In this document: positions 27,679-42,400 of the stretch, piece by piece
Position numbering within the stretch: position 1 is the first letter of the stretch
How the letters are laid out: each line of letters opens with the position of its first letter
NCBI GenBank assembly: GCA_964016885.1
Contig: OZ024757.1
Span: forward strand, 620,001 to 684,000
From: Eledone cirrhosa
Taxonomy: Eukaryota
Reading direction: 5' to 3'
Length of the DNA: 64,000 nucleotides
Notes under the pieces: model-generated
What the model was told of the DNA's origin: nothing
The model's input: the letters and a program-made list of their open reading frames with translations, nothing else
Databases searched by the model: none
Position numbers and translations under genes: made by a program

Positions 27679-28794
27679 TCAGTGATATGGCTTCTCTCCT
27701 GTATGTACATGTTTGTGCCTAGTTAAGTAAATACTTTGAGAGAATGATTTACCACATATATCACAGTGATATGGCTTGCAGCTTGTATGTATATGTTTGT
27801 GTCTAGTTAAGGTAGAACTAACAGAGAATGATTTACCACATATATCACAGTGATATGGCTTCTCTCCTGTATGTATACGTTTATGGGAGGTTAAGGTACT
27901 ACTTTCAGAGAAAGATTCACCACAGATATCACAGTGATATGGCTTCTCTCCTGTATGTATACGTTTGTGTCTAGTTAATTCAATACTTTGAGAGAATGAT
28001 TTACCACAGATATCACAGTGATATGGCTTGTCTCCTGTATGTATACGACTGTGATTTATCAAGCTTCCTTTATGAGAGAATGATTCACTGCAGATTTCAC
28101 AGTGATATGGCTTCTCTCCTGTATGTATACGTTTATGGGAAGTTAAGTGACTACTTTCAGAGAATGATTTACCACAGATATCACAGTGATATGGCTTCTC
28201 TCCTGTATGTACATGTTTGTGCTTTATCAAGCTTCCTTTTTGAGAGAATGATTCACCACAGATATTACAGTGATATGGCTTCTCTCCTGAATGTATACGT
28301 TTGTGTCTAGTTAATTCAATAATTTGAGAGAATGATTTACCACAGATATCACAGTGATATGGCTTGTCTCCTGTATGTATACGACTGTGATTTATCAAGC
28401 TTCCTTTATGAGAGAATGATTCACCGCAGATCTCACAGTGATATGGTTTCTCTCCTGTATGTATACGTTTATGGGAAGTTAAGTGACTACTTTCAGAGAA
28501 TGATTTACCACAGATTTCACAGTGATATGGCTTCTCTCCTGTATGTACATGTTTGTGCTTTATCAAGTTTCCTTTTTGAGAGAATGATTTACCGCAGATC
28601 TCACAGTGATATGGTTTCTCTCCTGTATGTATACGTTTATGGGAAGTTAAGTTACTACGTACAGAGAATGATTTCCCACAGATATCACAGTGATATGGCT
28701 TCTCTTCTGTATCGTTTGTCATCTCATCAGGTATAGTAATCCTTTTAGACAGTGTTTTACATTTTATCTTCTCACTGAATTTATTTTCCATCAT
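27679..28794 (-). CDS. Tandem C2H2 zinc-finger protein, 12 fingers (ZNF gene 2)
   Basis: [12 protein letters not shown] leader plus 12 fingers; acceptor at 29142-29143; AATAAA at 26971-26976 (-); out-of-frame fingers follow at 27354-27678. Confidence 0.92.
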   Translation of the reverse strand: MMENKFSEKIKCKTLSKRITIPDEMTNDTEEKPYHCDICGKSFSVRSNLTSHKRIHTGEKPYHCEICGKSFSQKGNLIKHKHVHTGEKPYHCEICGKSFSESSHLTSHKRIHTGEKPYHCEICGESFSHKGSLINHSRIHTGDKPYHCDICGKSFSQIIELTRHKRIHSGEKPYHCNICGESFSQKGSLIKHKHVHTGEKPYHCDICGKSFSESSHLTSHKRIHTGEKPYHCEICSESFSHKGSLINHSRIHTGDKPYHCDICGKSFSQSIELTRHKRIHTGEKPYHCDICGESFSESSTLTSHKRIHTGEKPYHCDICGKSFSVSSTLTRHKHIHTSCKPYHCDICGKSFSQSIYLTRHKHVHTGEKPYH

Positions 28795-29720
28795 GTTCCT
28801 TTCTTCTCAACAAAATATACAGCTGTTTTTCTTGTAATATTTTTTATATTGTATTCCTAAAAATATTTCTTTGATATTTCCCTCAACTGTGATCTCAGTT
28901 AATATCTTCAGATAACATAAACTTCTTTATTATCCAAGTTTAGTTAAGATACAAAATATATCTCATAGAGAAGAAGATAAACTTAGTTCTGAGTAAATAA
29001 TTCACAGTAATTGAACAATACAGTTATATAAACAGTGTTATATCACTTCTGTATAAATAGATTTATTCTTAAAATGATGATAAATATTGGTGATGTATCC
29101 AAGATGAATAAAATTAATTCATCCCAATGTCATCTGGTATTCTGAAATAAGAAAGAAACAGTGTGAGATAATAGAGAATACTTAAAGATAGATTTAACAG
29201 TGGAAATTTTATATTTCTATATTGTTAAACTGTAGATATCAACTTTCCTGTCCAGAGCAATTCTCTCCAATGTGAGCAGTAGTATTCCAGCATGTTATCC
29301 TTCTATCTCTTGGGAGGTCTCCTCTGTGGCATTTCCCCAGGAAATTCACTCTTCTAGGACTTTCTAACATAGCTATTCCTTCCTCTCCTGATAACCTGTC
29401 AACACCAGTTTAACCTCCACCTTTTTATGAGCAGGAGTCAATTGTTCCTCTATATCCTTTTCTCACTTCTCTATCACTCTCTCTCTCTCTCTCTTTCTCT
29501 GGGAGAAATCAGCTGTGTTTAGACCAGGAGTCAGGAGTCCATATAGATCCATACAATATCTGATTTCCCTTCAAGTTTTATCCAGGTATCAATTGTGTTC
29601 AGACCTGGAGAGAGAAGATCGGCTCCATAAGGTTTTAAAATATGCCCAAGAAACATTGTAAGTCACTAGAGTACCCCTAGTGTTACAGGTCCATACAATA
29701 TATATATATAAATATATGTG

Positions 29721-29754
<34 letters not shown>

Positions 29755-30009
29755 TATATTTCCCTTTCTCTGGAAGAAATCAGATCAGTGTATTCAAATC
29801 TGGAAGGAAGGTGTCGTCTCCATCAGGTAATACCCAACAAATGTTATCTGTCACTGAGGTACCCCTATCACTCCACTTCTATATCCGGGTTAGCCAGTCA
29901 AGTAGGGATTAAGTATCTGTATTTCAAGGAGTTACTTTGGTGGTGGAGACACATCTGTTGGTGTGGGATTTCATCGGAGATTGTACATAATGTTCTAATT
30001 CTGTAAGTT

Positions 30010-33000
30010 AGCAAAGTTAGGATTAACATTGACTATAGTGAAGAGTACAGAGAGAAGGTGGGTGTCTACCAGGGCTCTGATCTTAGCCCTCTCTTGTTTA
30101 TTCTCATCTTTCAGGCTATAACAGAGGTATTTAAGACTGGCTGCCCATGGGGACTCCTGTAGGCAGATGATCTAACACTTATAGCTGAATCTACGCTGAA
30201 TTAGAGAAGGAATTCTGAAAACATGGCCTAGGATCAAAGGGTCTTAAAGTCAACCTGACAATGACTAAGGACCTAGTAAGTAGAAAGGAAAGCAGGACCC
30301 TGATCCCCTCAGAGAAATAGCCTTGCTCAGTGTTCAAGAAAGGTGTAGCTAGAAATTCCATCCTTTGTCCAAACTGCAAACGATTGGTACACAAGACATG
30401 TAGTGGGATCTCAGGTAGTTTAGCTAAGAAGTAGGTTTTACATGTGGCCATGGCACAGGATCACTAGGCAGCAAACAAGCTCCATCAAGTTCTTGGATGG
30501 TTCTGTAGAAGAAGTAGACAGCTACTGCTACCAAGGTGATCAAATCAGCAGTGGAGGTGGGTGTTCTTAAATTACAGTAGCCAGAGTGAGAACAGGATAA
30601 AAAAAGTTCAGGGAGCTACTACAATTGCTAGCTACTAAAAGTTTTTCCCTCAAAACAATAGGTAGATTTTATAATATGTGTATATGAACAACAATATTGC
30701 ATGGCAGTGAGGCCTGAGTGCTGTGTGGAGTGGACCTGAAAAAATTGGAAAGAACTGAAGCTTGCATGGCTCAATGGATGTGTATAAGTAAAATACATGA
30801 ATGGCAAAGGATGAATGAACTGAGAGAGAAATTAGGCATAAGTGGGATAAGATGCAGTGTGCAGGAGAGGAGATTACGTTGGAATGGACATGTGGTGCAC
30901 ATAAAGCATGATAGCTGCACAAGAAGTGTGCTCAATGTTGAAGGAAGCTATGGAGTAGAAAGACCTAAGAAGATTATTATGAGGTGATAAAAACTGACCT
31001 TCCACAATTGGACGTCTCAAAGGCAATGACACAGGACTGAGATCTCTGACACTACGTATGTAAAGAATAATTGAGAGGAAGAGAAACTTCCTCCAACTTA
31101 ACCAACAGAAGGAGCAGCTATTGAAGTTGACAGTTTTAGGGTCAAAGAAGCAATCAAGGAAATGAAGAATGGTAAATCCATGGAAGCATCAAAGATAGTT
31201 ACCGAGATGCTAAAAGCATTAGGAGACATGGAACTCAAACCTGTAGAGTCAATCAGGTAATACAAGACAGAATCATAACCAATGTCTGGTGCAGCAGTAA
31301 AATCATAAATTGCTACAAAGGTAAAGTCCTAGAAAGGATCAACTACAGAGGAATAAAACTGATGGACCAAGTTATGAAAGTGAAAGAGTTATCGTGCAAC
31401 TAATTAGAGAAAGATTCAAATTAGATGCAGTTCTGTTTTATGCCTGGGAAAAGTACTACAGATGCCCTCTTCTTAGTGAGACAAGAGAAGTTCCAAGCCA
31501 AGATTAAGCTGCAATATTTAGCTTTTATAGATCTAGAAAAGGCCTTTGACAGAGTAGCTTACTTCATTCCAGCCATGCAGCATTCACCATGAACCTATCA
31601 AATATAAGTCAGAGGTCACCTTCTGTCTAGTTAAGTAACACCATATCTTCAGCAAATTCTAGTCAACTGATCTGACATCCACCAGTCGTGATACCACTTC
31701 CAACCTGGCTGCCCAGGTCAATCCTGTTCATGTAAATAATGAACATGAGAGGTGACAGTATGTACCCTTTGCAGACTCCCACATCTAATGGTCTTGATTT
31801 AGCACCATTTATCCTAACACAAATACTCGGGCATAAAGAGACATCAGAACAGCAAGAAGTTGACCATCGAACCCATACTCCCGCACAACCTACCACAGAA
31901 TGTCCTGAAGAATGTGATCATATGACTTTTCAGGGTCTATAACACAAGAATATACCTCTTGGAAATACTCCCATATCTTGAAGACCTGCCACAGTGTGAA
32001 TATTTGGTTGGTTGTGCTGCGTCCAGGGACAAAACTGCTCTGTCTATCAGCTGTCTTGGACTCAACAATCTCCCTACATATCTTTGCCACAAACTTAGAC
32101 TTTACCGGGGAGGCTTAGCAAGGAGATCCCTCTGTAATTGGAACAATCTCTCTTGTCTCCCTTTCTACAATTGGGATTATCAATCCCAATTGTCATTACC
32201 TGGGTGCCTTTCCAGCACACATGAATCACCAAGAGAATATCTTCTCTATTTGAGGCTTTTAAGATCTCGGGCCAGATTTCATCTTCTCCAACAACCTTGC
32301 AACATTCTTGGCAGAGTTGTTGTGCTAGAGAATGTGTTGCAGGTGGTGGATAGTGATACAGTCACTAGATATGATGGGTAGTTGTGATATAAGCAGGCAA
32401 CTGCTGAATAAATAAGCAAACCTGGACCACAACAGCAGTAAACTACTAGGAGATGGAGCAATGGATGATACCTGTAGCTCCCAAGAAAACTCTCACAACC
32501 CGGTAATGTAGCTGCAAATAGGTGAATAAGAGCCACCTCTAAAAAAGCCTAGTCTTTGCAGGTTGACAAAGTACCAGATTGGTGACTGGCACAAATTAGA
32601 CCATTGAAATTGAAATTGCAATATGGTGAGGAAAACAAAAAAGAACTATAGAATAGGTGGCCCTGCTCAGTATGTAAAAATGGAGTAGGCATAAACTGTA
32701 CACAATGATAGCTTCTGCTACCTAGGTGACTTAATTAGCAGCAGAGGAAGGTTCTTTGAAAGAAAGGATAGGATTGAAGAAGTTTAGAGAGCTTATCCCA
32801 CTGTTGACCACAACACATTTCTCTCTCTACAATAATACAACTGTATGGTGTCTGTGTGACAAGTGAAATGCTGCATGGTAGTGAAACATGGGCAGTAACT
32901 TCAGAAGACATACGTAGGCTGGAGAGAAATGGAGTAAACATGCTTTATTGGATGTGCAACATAAATGTGAACGGAATGCTGAGCTTGGATGAATTGATGA

Positions 33001-33250
33001 AGAAACTGGATATAAGAATCCGAAGAGGTGTGCATGTGATATGCATGATGATGATCATTGGGTGAAGAAATGCCAGGGAATACCAGAGGAGGGAAGCCAC
33101 AGTTGATGTACACCAAGGAAGACCAGGGCAGAGGTGGTGAGAGCTGATCTTAAATTGCTGAGACTCACAGAGGAGATGATAAAGGAACACGGCAAGTGGT
33201 GATATGTTGTGATTAAAATGACCCATCAGGGATTGAAATATGATGATGTA
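30010..33250. mobile_element. Cluster of decayed RTE fragments in the gene 2 intron (30010-31050 +, 31060-31560 +, 31565-32520 - of a different family, 32650-33250 +)
   Basis: RT motifs with stops (DLEKAFDRV, GSETW, FVPGRSTTNQIFTL); mirrored at ~39450-42690. Confidence 0.85.
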
Positions 33251-33599
33251 GATGAAGGAAATTAAATCAAAACAGATTTAGACTAAAATGAACAAAACTT
33301 CCCTGAAACAATAACAAGGTACAGCTAAATAAAAATATATTTGATAACGTAGGGTGGTGAACAGCACAATTAAATAGATAATGCATATATATGTATATTT
33401 ATATATGTATATTTATATATATATATATATATATACATATATATATACACACACATATATATATATACCATAAAGAGAGACGAACACAGATATATACATA
33501 TATGCGTTCAAATCACAAGGGACAACAATTGCCAGGGTGAAACATTACAACAGCAGAGTTCCGATTAGCTTTTGATTCCAGAAAAAATAAAACATAATA

Positions 33600-34340
33600 A
33601 ATTAGTGAAAAAAACGTAATAATGATAAAAATTGTGGAAATACCTTGAAAATATTTATGTCTTTAGTCAGAGATTTGATAGGAAATATGTATATATTAGG
33701 TTGATATGTGATTTAAAATATATATATTGTCCATAAATGACTGATAGCAGATGTTCTGGTGAAATAGTCGTTTTTCTACTCCAGATTATAATGGAACTCT
33801 TAGTAGACACAATTATAAAGGAAGAATAGATATGACAGTGTAAGACTGATGTCAGGGAAAGAAAATTGTGTGTGTATATATATATATAATTGTAACACAA
33901 GATATATTAGATTAATTAATGTTGTAATGAAGACAGCAGGTACGACATGGACAATATTTCAACACTCCCCGGTGTCATACGTTAAGAGTCCCTGATATAA
34001 TTTAATACATTTAAACACAGTACCAATTGTATTTAATTGATGGTAAAAGTGTCACTCAGTAAAATTTCAATTATATATCTATAAGAAAACCTCTACATAG
34101 TCTGTCTACCTGCTAGAAATAGCAGCTAAATTATCTTCTTAGAGCTTTATTTTTTGTTGAAACTCCCGTAAGTTTGGTTGTACAATCAATAACTGTTTCT
34201 ACTTTAGGCACAAGGCCAGCAAATATCCAGTGCATTACTGGTACTTTATTTTATCGACCCCGTAAGGATGAAAGGCAAAGTCAACCTCAATCAATAACAG
34301 TAAGTGGTTTGTATAGACTGCGGAATAAACTCGAAGACCG
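33600..34340 (-). promoter_or_regulatory. Conserved upstream block, gene 2
   Basis: Paralogous to 18820-19410 and 61130-61790; contains a truncated SINE at ~34190-34290. Confidence 0.5.
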
Positions 34341-34368
34341 CGAAAATATAAATCTCCCTCTTCTTTTA

Positions 34369-34426
<58 letters not shown>

Positions 34427-34794
34427 TGTGTGTGTATGTATATATATGTATGTAAAAGGTAAACAGAGATAACAATATAATTGGTACAGTATATGAAAGG
34501 AATATATTAGGTTAACGCTTGATATAGCAGGAAGAATATACACACACACATATACATTTATAATGTATATACATATATAGTATATATATATCACAATGTA
34601 TATGCATATATAGCTTTCTATAGATATTTATTCAAGACTAATTAATTTTAACTGTTAGCTTTCAGGAAGATAGCTGCAAACGCTAGAATTGTTTTCCTTT
34701 TCTCTCGTTGCATTATGTGAGTTAGTGGTGCAGTCAACAATCGTAATACATTTGCAGTTTGCTTGCATACACTACACATATATATATATAGATG

Positions 34795-36046
34795 ACAGAT
34801 CGGGGTACTCTATCAAAGGCCCTCTCTAGGTCAAGAAAAGCTAGTTGTCTCACTAAGAAGAGGGCATATATTGTAACTTTCCCAGGCACAAAACCAAACT
34901 GCATCTCACTTAATTTGACCCTTTCTCTAATTAGTTGTGCTAATATTCTTTCTGCCACTTTCATAACCTGATCCATCAGTTTTATGCCCCTATAATTGCT
35001 CCTCTCCAGAGCATCCTCTTTACCTTTGTAACAATTTATGAGAATACTGCTGTACCAGTCTTTGGGTATGACACCACCATATATAGCTTGATTGACGATG
35101 CGTGCAACCAGTTTAGTGCCTACGTCCCCTGATGCCTTCAGCATCTCAGCAACTATCCCCGAGAGTCCAGCGGCCATACCCTTTTTCATTTCCTTAATTG
35201 CCTCTTGCACCCTATATGCGTCAATCTCAATAGCTGGTCCCTCTGTCGGGTCTACTGGAGGTAGTTTCTCTCTCTCTCATTCGTACTCCACATTCATCAG
35301 TCTCTCATAATGACATTTCCAGGCCTCCTTTTTCTGATCATTCGTGACACTAAGTACACCGGCATCATTTCGCACACATTTATCTCCAACAACATCCTGA
35401 TTTGCACTGACACACTGTCTTGCAATGCGGAAGACCGCACGTCTCTGATCTTTCCGTCGCAAAACATTGGCAAACCTCCTACTCTCAGCCTCCCTGCATG
35501 CTTAGTACACCTGACGCCTAGCTTCTCTCTTACTGGCTGTATATCGGTCTCTACTCCCATCATTTTTGCAAGTGTTCCATGCTAGTCTTTTGTCTCTAAT
35601 GGCCATATCTACCGTACTGTTCCATTACCAGGTCACTCTGTCTGGTTGGAGCTCTGCCCCAACCACAAGTTTCTTCAGGAACCTGCAGTAATTTGTCACG
35701 TAAGAAATTCCAGTTATCATCTGTCATACGATTCAAAATCGTCTTCTTTTTCGTCGTACACATCTTGAAGGTCTCTCCTAAATTTATATTTTAGTGAAAG
35801 GTCTTTTAGCTTTCAGGTCTTCCTTTTCCACACCTTCCTGTATGTCTCATTTTGTCTCTTGCTTATTAAGATGTCACTAATGACTAACCTCTGCTGTGGG
35901 GTACATTCTTACCCGGGGTAAGCCTTAGTATTTGACACCATCTGTCTGTCTCGTTGCCTAACTAACAACATGTCAATCTGGTTTATGTGCCCGCCTGATT
36001 TATAGGTTATTAGGTGCTTGGTAGGCTTCTTGAAGTTAGTGTTACA
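34795..36046 (-). mobile_element. RTE fragment (EN end to RT start), left-arm copy, cut by the inversion breakpoint
   Basis: CNTNFKKP, NYRGIKL, FLDLERAFDRVP. Confidence 0.9.
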
Positions 36047-36470
36047 CAGGAGCACTGAGTGCAATGTCAACTCTGGATGTCGGTGAGCATATCCAGCCAA
36101 CCGCAGTCTCCTCTGTGTCACTTTTGAGTTGACTTTTGGGGGGCTCCCATACAGCTCTGAGTTTTTCATCCTCAGTGTATACTGATTAATGTTCAGAACC
36201 ATCCTCAGCATTCTCGTGTAGCACCCATCCACCATCTGAGTGAGTTTCTTGGTCAGTGTCCAAGTCTCAGACCCGTACAGCAGCACAGACTCCACTACAG
36301 CAATGAAGAGGCGGATTTTCAGGTCTTTACGAAGGTCCGACTTCCACACCGATCTCAAGCTGTGGTACGCCGCCCAGGCTTTGCTCTTCCTCTCAACCAC
36401 ATCATCTTCTGTATTCCCAATCTTTGCTCCCAAATACAGGAAGTCCTCAACCAATTCTAGCGGCTTGCCG
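36047..36470 (-). mobile_element. RT C-terminal fragment of a different RTE-like family in the palindrome spacer
   Basis: VEDFLYLG...KIRLFIAVVESVLLYGSETWTLTK...YTRMLRMVLN...RRLRLAG. Confidence 0.85.
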
Positions 36471-36484
36471 CCTGCATATATATA

Positions 36485-37936
36485 TTAGATTAGTTGTAGG
36501 CAAGAGACTACTGACAATCATCTCTGCCTATGTTCCCCAGGCGGGCCTAGGTAAAGAAGAGAAAGACTGCTTTTACGAGCAACGTTTACAAACAGTCACA
36601 ATGACAGAGGACAGTTATGGCTCAAGAAATGAAGAAGGAGTCAGGCTTCTTGAATTTTGTGATGCAAGTGCACTAACCACTTGCAACACTAACTTCAAGA
36701 AGCCTACCAAGCACCTAATAACCTATAAATCAGGCGGGCACATAAACCAGATTGACATGTTGTTAGTTAGGCAACGAGACAGACAGATGGTGTCAAATAC
36801 TAAGGCTTACCCCGGGTAAGAATGTACCCCACAGCAGAGGTTAGTCATTAGTGACATCTTAATAAGCAAGAGACAAAATGAGACATACAGGAAGGTGTGG
36901 AAAAGGAAGACCTGGAAGCTAAAAGACCTTTCACTAAAATATAAATTTAGGAGAGACCTTCAAGATGTGTACGACGAAAAAGAAGACGATTTTGAATCGT
37001 ATGACAGATGATAACTGGAATTTCTTACGTGACAAATTACTGCAGGCTCCTGAAGAAACTTGTGGTTGGAGCAGAGCTCCAACCAGACAGAGTGACCTGG
37101 TAATGGAACAGTACGGTAGATATGGCCATTAGAGACAAAAGACTAGCATGGAACACTTGCAAAAATGATGGGAGTAGAGACCGATATACAGCCAGTAAGA
37201 GAGAAGCTAGGCGTCAGGTGTACTAAGCATGCAGGGAGGCTGAGAGTAGGAGGTTTGCCAATGTTTTGCGACGGAAAGATCAGAGACGTGCGGTCTTCCG
37301 CATTGCAAGACAGTGTGTCAGTGCAAATCAGGATGTTGTTGGAGATAAATGTGTGCGAAATGATGCCGGTGTACTTAGTGTCACGAATGATCAGAAAAAG
37401 GAGGCCTGGAAATGTCATTATGAGAGACTGATGAATGTGGAGTACGAATGAGAGAGAAAGAAACTACCTCCAGTAGACCCGACAGAGGGACCAGCTATTG
37501 AGATTGACGCATATAGGGTGCAAGAGGCAATTAAGGAAATGAAAAAGGGTATGGCCGCTGGACTCTCGGGGATAGTTGCTGAGATGCTGAAGGCATCAGG
37601 GGACGTAGGCACTAAACTGGTTGCACGCATCGTCAATCAAGCTATATATGGTGGTGTCATACCCAAAGACTGGTACAGCAGTATTCTCATAAATTGTTAC
37701 AAAGGTAAAGAGGATGCTCTGGAGAGGAGCAATTATAGGGGCATAAAACTGATGGATCAGGTTATGAAAGTGGCAGAAAGAATATTAGCACAACTAATTA
37801 GAGAAAGGGTCAAATTAAATGAGATGCAGTTTGGTTTTGTGCCTGGGAAAGTTACAATATATGCCCTCTTCTTAGTGAGACAACTAGCTTTTCTTGACCT
37901 AGAGAGGGCCTTTGATAGAGTACCCCGATCTGTCAT
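36485..37936 (+). mobile_element. RTE fragment, right-arm copy, extending ~200 bp into the spacer
   Basis: TIISAYVPQAG, RNEEGVRLLEFC, CNTNFKKP, NYRGIKL. Confidence 0.9.
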
Positions 37937-38243
37937 CTATATATATATATGTGTAGTGTATGCAAGCAAACTGCAAATGTATTACGATTGTTGACTGCAC
38001 CACTAACTCACATAATGCAACGAGAGAAAAGGAAAACAATTCTAGCGTTTGCAGCTATCTTCCTGAAAGCTAACAGTTAAAATTAATTAGTCTTGAATAA
38101 ATATCTATAGAAAGCTATATATGCATATACATTGTGATATATATATACTATATATGTATATACATTATAAATGTATATGTGTGTGTGTATATTCTTCCTG
38201 TGTTATCTCTGTTTACCTTTTACATACATATATATACATACAT

Positions 38244-38334
<91 letters not shown>

Positions 38335-38359
38335 TAAAAGAACAGGGTGATTTATATTT

Positions 38360-39110
38360 TCGCGGTCTTCGAGTTTATTCCGAAGTCTATACAAACCACT
38401 TACTGTTATTGATTGAGGTTGACTTTGCCTTTCATCCTTACGGGGTCGATAAAATAAAGTACCAGTAATGCACTGGATATTTGCTGGCCTTGTGCCTAAA
38501 GTAGAAACAGTTATTGATTGTACAACCAAGCTTACGGGAGTTTCAACAAAAAATAAAGCTCTAAGAAGATAATTTAGCTGCTATTTCTAGCAGGTAGACA
38601 GACTATGTAGAGGTTTTCTTATAGATATATAATTGAAATTTTACTGAGTGACACTTTTACCATCAATTAAATACAATTGGTACTGTGTTTAAATGTATTA
38701 AATTATATCAGGGACTCTTAACGTATGACACCGGGGAGTGTTGAAATATTGTCCACGTCGTACCTGCTGTCTTCATTACAACATTAATTAATCTAATATA
38801 TCTTGTGTTACAATTATATATATATATACACACACAATTTTCTTTCCCTGACATCAGTCTTACACTGTCATATCTATTCTTCCTTTATAATTGTGTCTAC
38901 TAAGAGTTCCATTATAATCTGGAGTAGAAAAACGACTATTTCACCAGAACATCTGCTATCAGTCATTTATGGACAATATATATATTTTAAATCACATATC
39001 AACCTAATATATACATATTTCCTATCAAATCTCTGACTAAAGACATAAATATTTTCAAGGTATTTCCACAATTTTTATCATTATTACGTTTTTTTCACTA
39101 ATTTATTATG
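38360..39110 (+). promoter_or_regulatory. Conserved upstream block, gene 3
   Basis: Mirror of 33600-34340. Confidence 0.5.
38416..38509 (+). mobile_element. 5'-truncated SINE with 11-bp TSD
   Basis: GTTATTGATTG at 38405-38415 and 38510-38520; empty sites at ~61178-61190 and ~19350-19362. Confidence 0.85.
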
Positions 39111-39449
39111 TTTTATTTTTTCTGGAATCAAAAGCTAATCGGAACTCTGCTGTTGTAATGTTTCACCCTGGCAATTGTTGTCCCTTGTGATTTGAACGCA
39201 TATATGTATATATCTGTGTTCGTCTCTCTTTATGGTATATATATATATGTGTGTGTATATATATATGTATATATATATATATATATATAAATATACATAT
39301 ATAAATATACATATATATGCATTATCTATTTAATTGTGCTGTTCACCACCCTACGTTATCAAATATATTTTTATTTAGCTGTACCTTGTTATTGTTTCAG
39401 GGAAGTTTTGTTCATTTTAGTCTAAATCTGTTTTGATTTAATTTCCTTC

Positions 39450-42400
39450 ATCTACATCATCATATTTCAATCCCTGATGGGTCATTTTAATCACAACATA
39501 TCACCACTTGCCGTGTTCCTTTATCATCTCCTCTGTGAGTCTCAGCAATTTAAGATCAGCTCTCACCACCTCTGCCCTGGTCTTCCTTGGTGTACATCAA
39601 CTGTGGCTTCCCTCCTCTGGTATTCCCTGGCATTTCTTCACCCAATGATCATCATCATGCATATCACATGCACACCTCTTCGGATTCTTATATCCAGTTT
39701 CTTCATCAATTCATCCAAGCTCAGCATTCCGTTCACATTTATGTTGCACATCCAATAAAGCATGTTTACTCCATTTCTCTCCAGCCTACGTATGTCTTCT
39801 GAAGTTACTGCCCATGTTTCACTACCATGCAGCATTTCACTTGTCACACAGACACCATACAGTTGTATTATTGTAGAGAGAGAAATGTGTTGTGGTCAAC
39901 AGTGGGATAAGCTCTCTAAACTTCTTCAATCCTATCCTTTCTTTCAAAGAACCTTCCTCTGCTGCTAATTAAGTCACCTAGGTAGCAGAAGCTATCATTG
40001 TGTACAGTTTATGCCTACTCCATTTTTACATACTGAGCAGGGCCACCTATTCTATAGTTCTTTTTTGTTTTCCTCACCATATTGCAATTTCAATTTCAAT
40101 GGTCTAATTTGTGCCAGTCACCAATCTGGTACTTTGTCAACCTGCAAAGACTAGGCTTTTTTAGAGGTGGCTCTTATTCACCTATTTGCAGCTACATTAC
40201 CGGGTTGTGAGAGTTTTCTTGGGAGCTAGAGGTATCATCCATTGCTCCATCTCCTAGTAGTTTACTGCTGTTGTGGTCCAGGTTTGCTTATTTATTCAGC
40301 AGTTGCCTGCTTATATCACAACTACCCATCATATCTAGTGACTGTATCACTATCCACCACCTGCAACACATTCTCTAGCACAACAACTCTGCCAAGAATG
40401 TTGCAAGGTTGTTGGAGAAGATGAAATCTGGCCCGAGATCTTAAAAGCCTCAAATAGAGAAGATATTCTCTTGGTGATTCATGTGTGCTGGAAAGGCACC
40501 CAAGTAATGACAATTGGGATTGATAATCCCAATTGTAGAAAGGGAGACAAGAGAGATTGTTCCAATTACAGAGGGATCTCCTTGCTAAGCCTCCCCGGTA
40601 AAGTCTAAGTTTGTGGCAAAGATATGTAGGGAGATTGTTGAGTCCAAGACAGCTGATAGACAGAGCAGTTTTGTCCCTGGACGCAGCACAACCAACCAAA
40701 TATTCACACTGTGGCAGGTCTTCAAGATATGGGAGTATTTCCAAGAGGTATATTCTTGTGTTATAGACCCTGAAAAGTCATATGATCACATTCTTCAGGA
40801 CATTCTGTCGTAGGTTGTGCGGGAGTATGGGTTCGATGGTCAACTTCTTGCTGTTCTGATGTCTCTTTATGCCCGAGTATTTGTGTTAGGATAAATGGTG
40901 CTAAATCAAGACCATTAGATGTGGGAGTCTGCAAAGGGTACATACTGTCACCTCTCATGTTCATTATTTACATGAACAGGATTGACCTGGGCAGCCAGGT
41001 TGGAAGTGGTATCACGACTGGTGGATGTCAGATCAGTTGACTAGAATTTGCTGAAGATATGGTGTTACTTAACTAGACAGAAAGTGACCTCTGACTTATA
41101 TTTGATAGATTCATGGTGAATGCTGCATGGCTGGAATGAAGTAAGCTACTCTGTCAAAGGCCTTTTCTAGATCTATAAAAGCTAAATATTGCAGCTTAAT
41201 CTTGGCTTGGAACTTCTCTTGTCTCACTAAGAAGAGGGCATCTGTAGTACTTTTCCCAGGCATAAAACAGAACTGCATCTAATTTGAATCTTTCTCTAAT
41301 TAGTTGCATGATAACTCTTTCACTTTCATAACTTGGTCCATCAGTTTTATTCCTCTGTAGTTGATCCTTTCTAGGACTTTACCTTTGTAGCAATTTATGA
41401 TTTTACTGCTGCACCAGACATTGGTTATGATTCTGTCTTGTATTACCTGATTGACTCTACAGGTTTGAGTTCCATGTCTCCTAATGCTTTTAGCATCTCG
41501 GTAACTATCTTTGATGCTTCCATGGATTTACCATTCTTCATTTCCTTGATTGCTTCTTTGACCCTAAAACTGTCAACTTCAATAGCTGCTCCTTCTGTTG
41601 GTTAAGTTGGAGGAAGTTTCTCTTCCTCTCAATTATTCTTTACATACGTAGTGTCAGAGATCTCAGTCCTGTGTCATTGCCTTTGAGACGTCCAATTGTG
41701 GAAGGTCAGTTTTTATCACCTCATAATAATCTTCTTAGGTCTTTCTACTCCATAGCTTCCTTCAACATTGAGCACACTTCTTGTGCAGCTATCATGCTTT
41801 ATGTGCACCACATGTCCATTCCAACGTAATCTCCTCTCCTGCACACTGCATCTTATCCCACTTATGCCTAATTTCTCTCTCAGTTCATTCATCCTTTGCC
41901 ATTCATGTATTTTACTTATACACATCCATTGAGCCATGCAAGCTTCAGTTCTTTCCAATTTTTTCAGGTCCACTCCACACAGCACTCAGGCCTCACTGCC
42001 ATGCAATATTGTTGTTCATATACACATATTATAAAATCTACCTATTGTTTTGAGGGAAAAACTTTTAGTAGCTAGCAATGGTAGTAGCTCCCTGAACTTT
42101 TTTTATCCTGTTCTCACTCTGGCTACTGTAATTTAAGAACACCCACCTCCACTGCTGATTTGATCACCTTGGTAGCAGTAGCTGTCTACTTCTTCTACAG
42201 AACCATCCAAGAACTTGATGGAGCTTGTTTGCTGCCTAGTGATCCTGTGCCATGGCCACATGTAAAACCTACTTCTTAGCTAAACTACCTGAGATCCCAC
42301 TACATGTCTTGTGTACCAATCGTTTGCAGTTTGGACAAAGGATGGAATTTCTAGCTACACCTTTCTTGAACACTGAGCAAGGCCATTTCTGTGAGGGGAT

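Larger units (their letters stand above)
26019..36046. repeat. Left arm of a giant inverted duplication
   Basis: Reverse complement of 36682-51631 apart from the CR1 insert and finger-number differences. Dozens of identical spurious ORFs are mirrored in the track (e.g. 35310..35585+ / 37143..37418-). Confidence 0.98.

Noticed and set aside
38121-38529. YIYIYI-type ORFs (also 34174-34594, 55628-56337, 61451-61723, 7807-8019)
   Set aside because: Translations of (TA)n/(CA)n microsatellites and minisatellite units.
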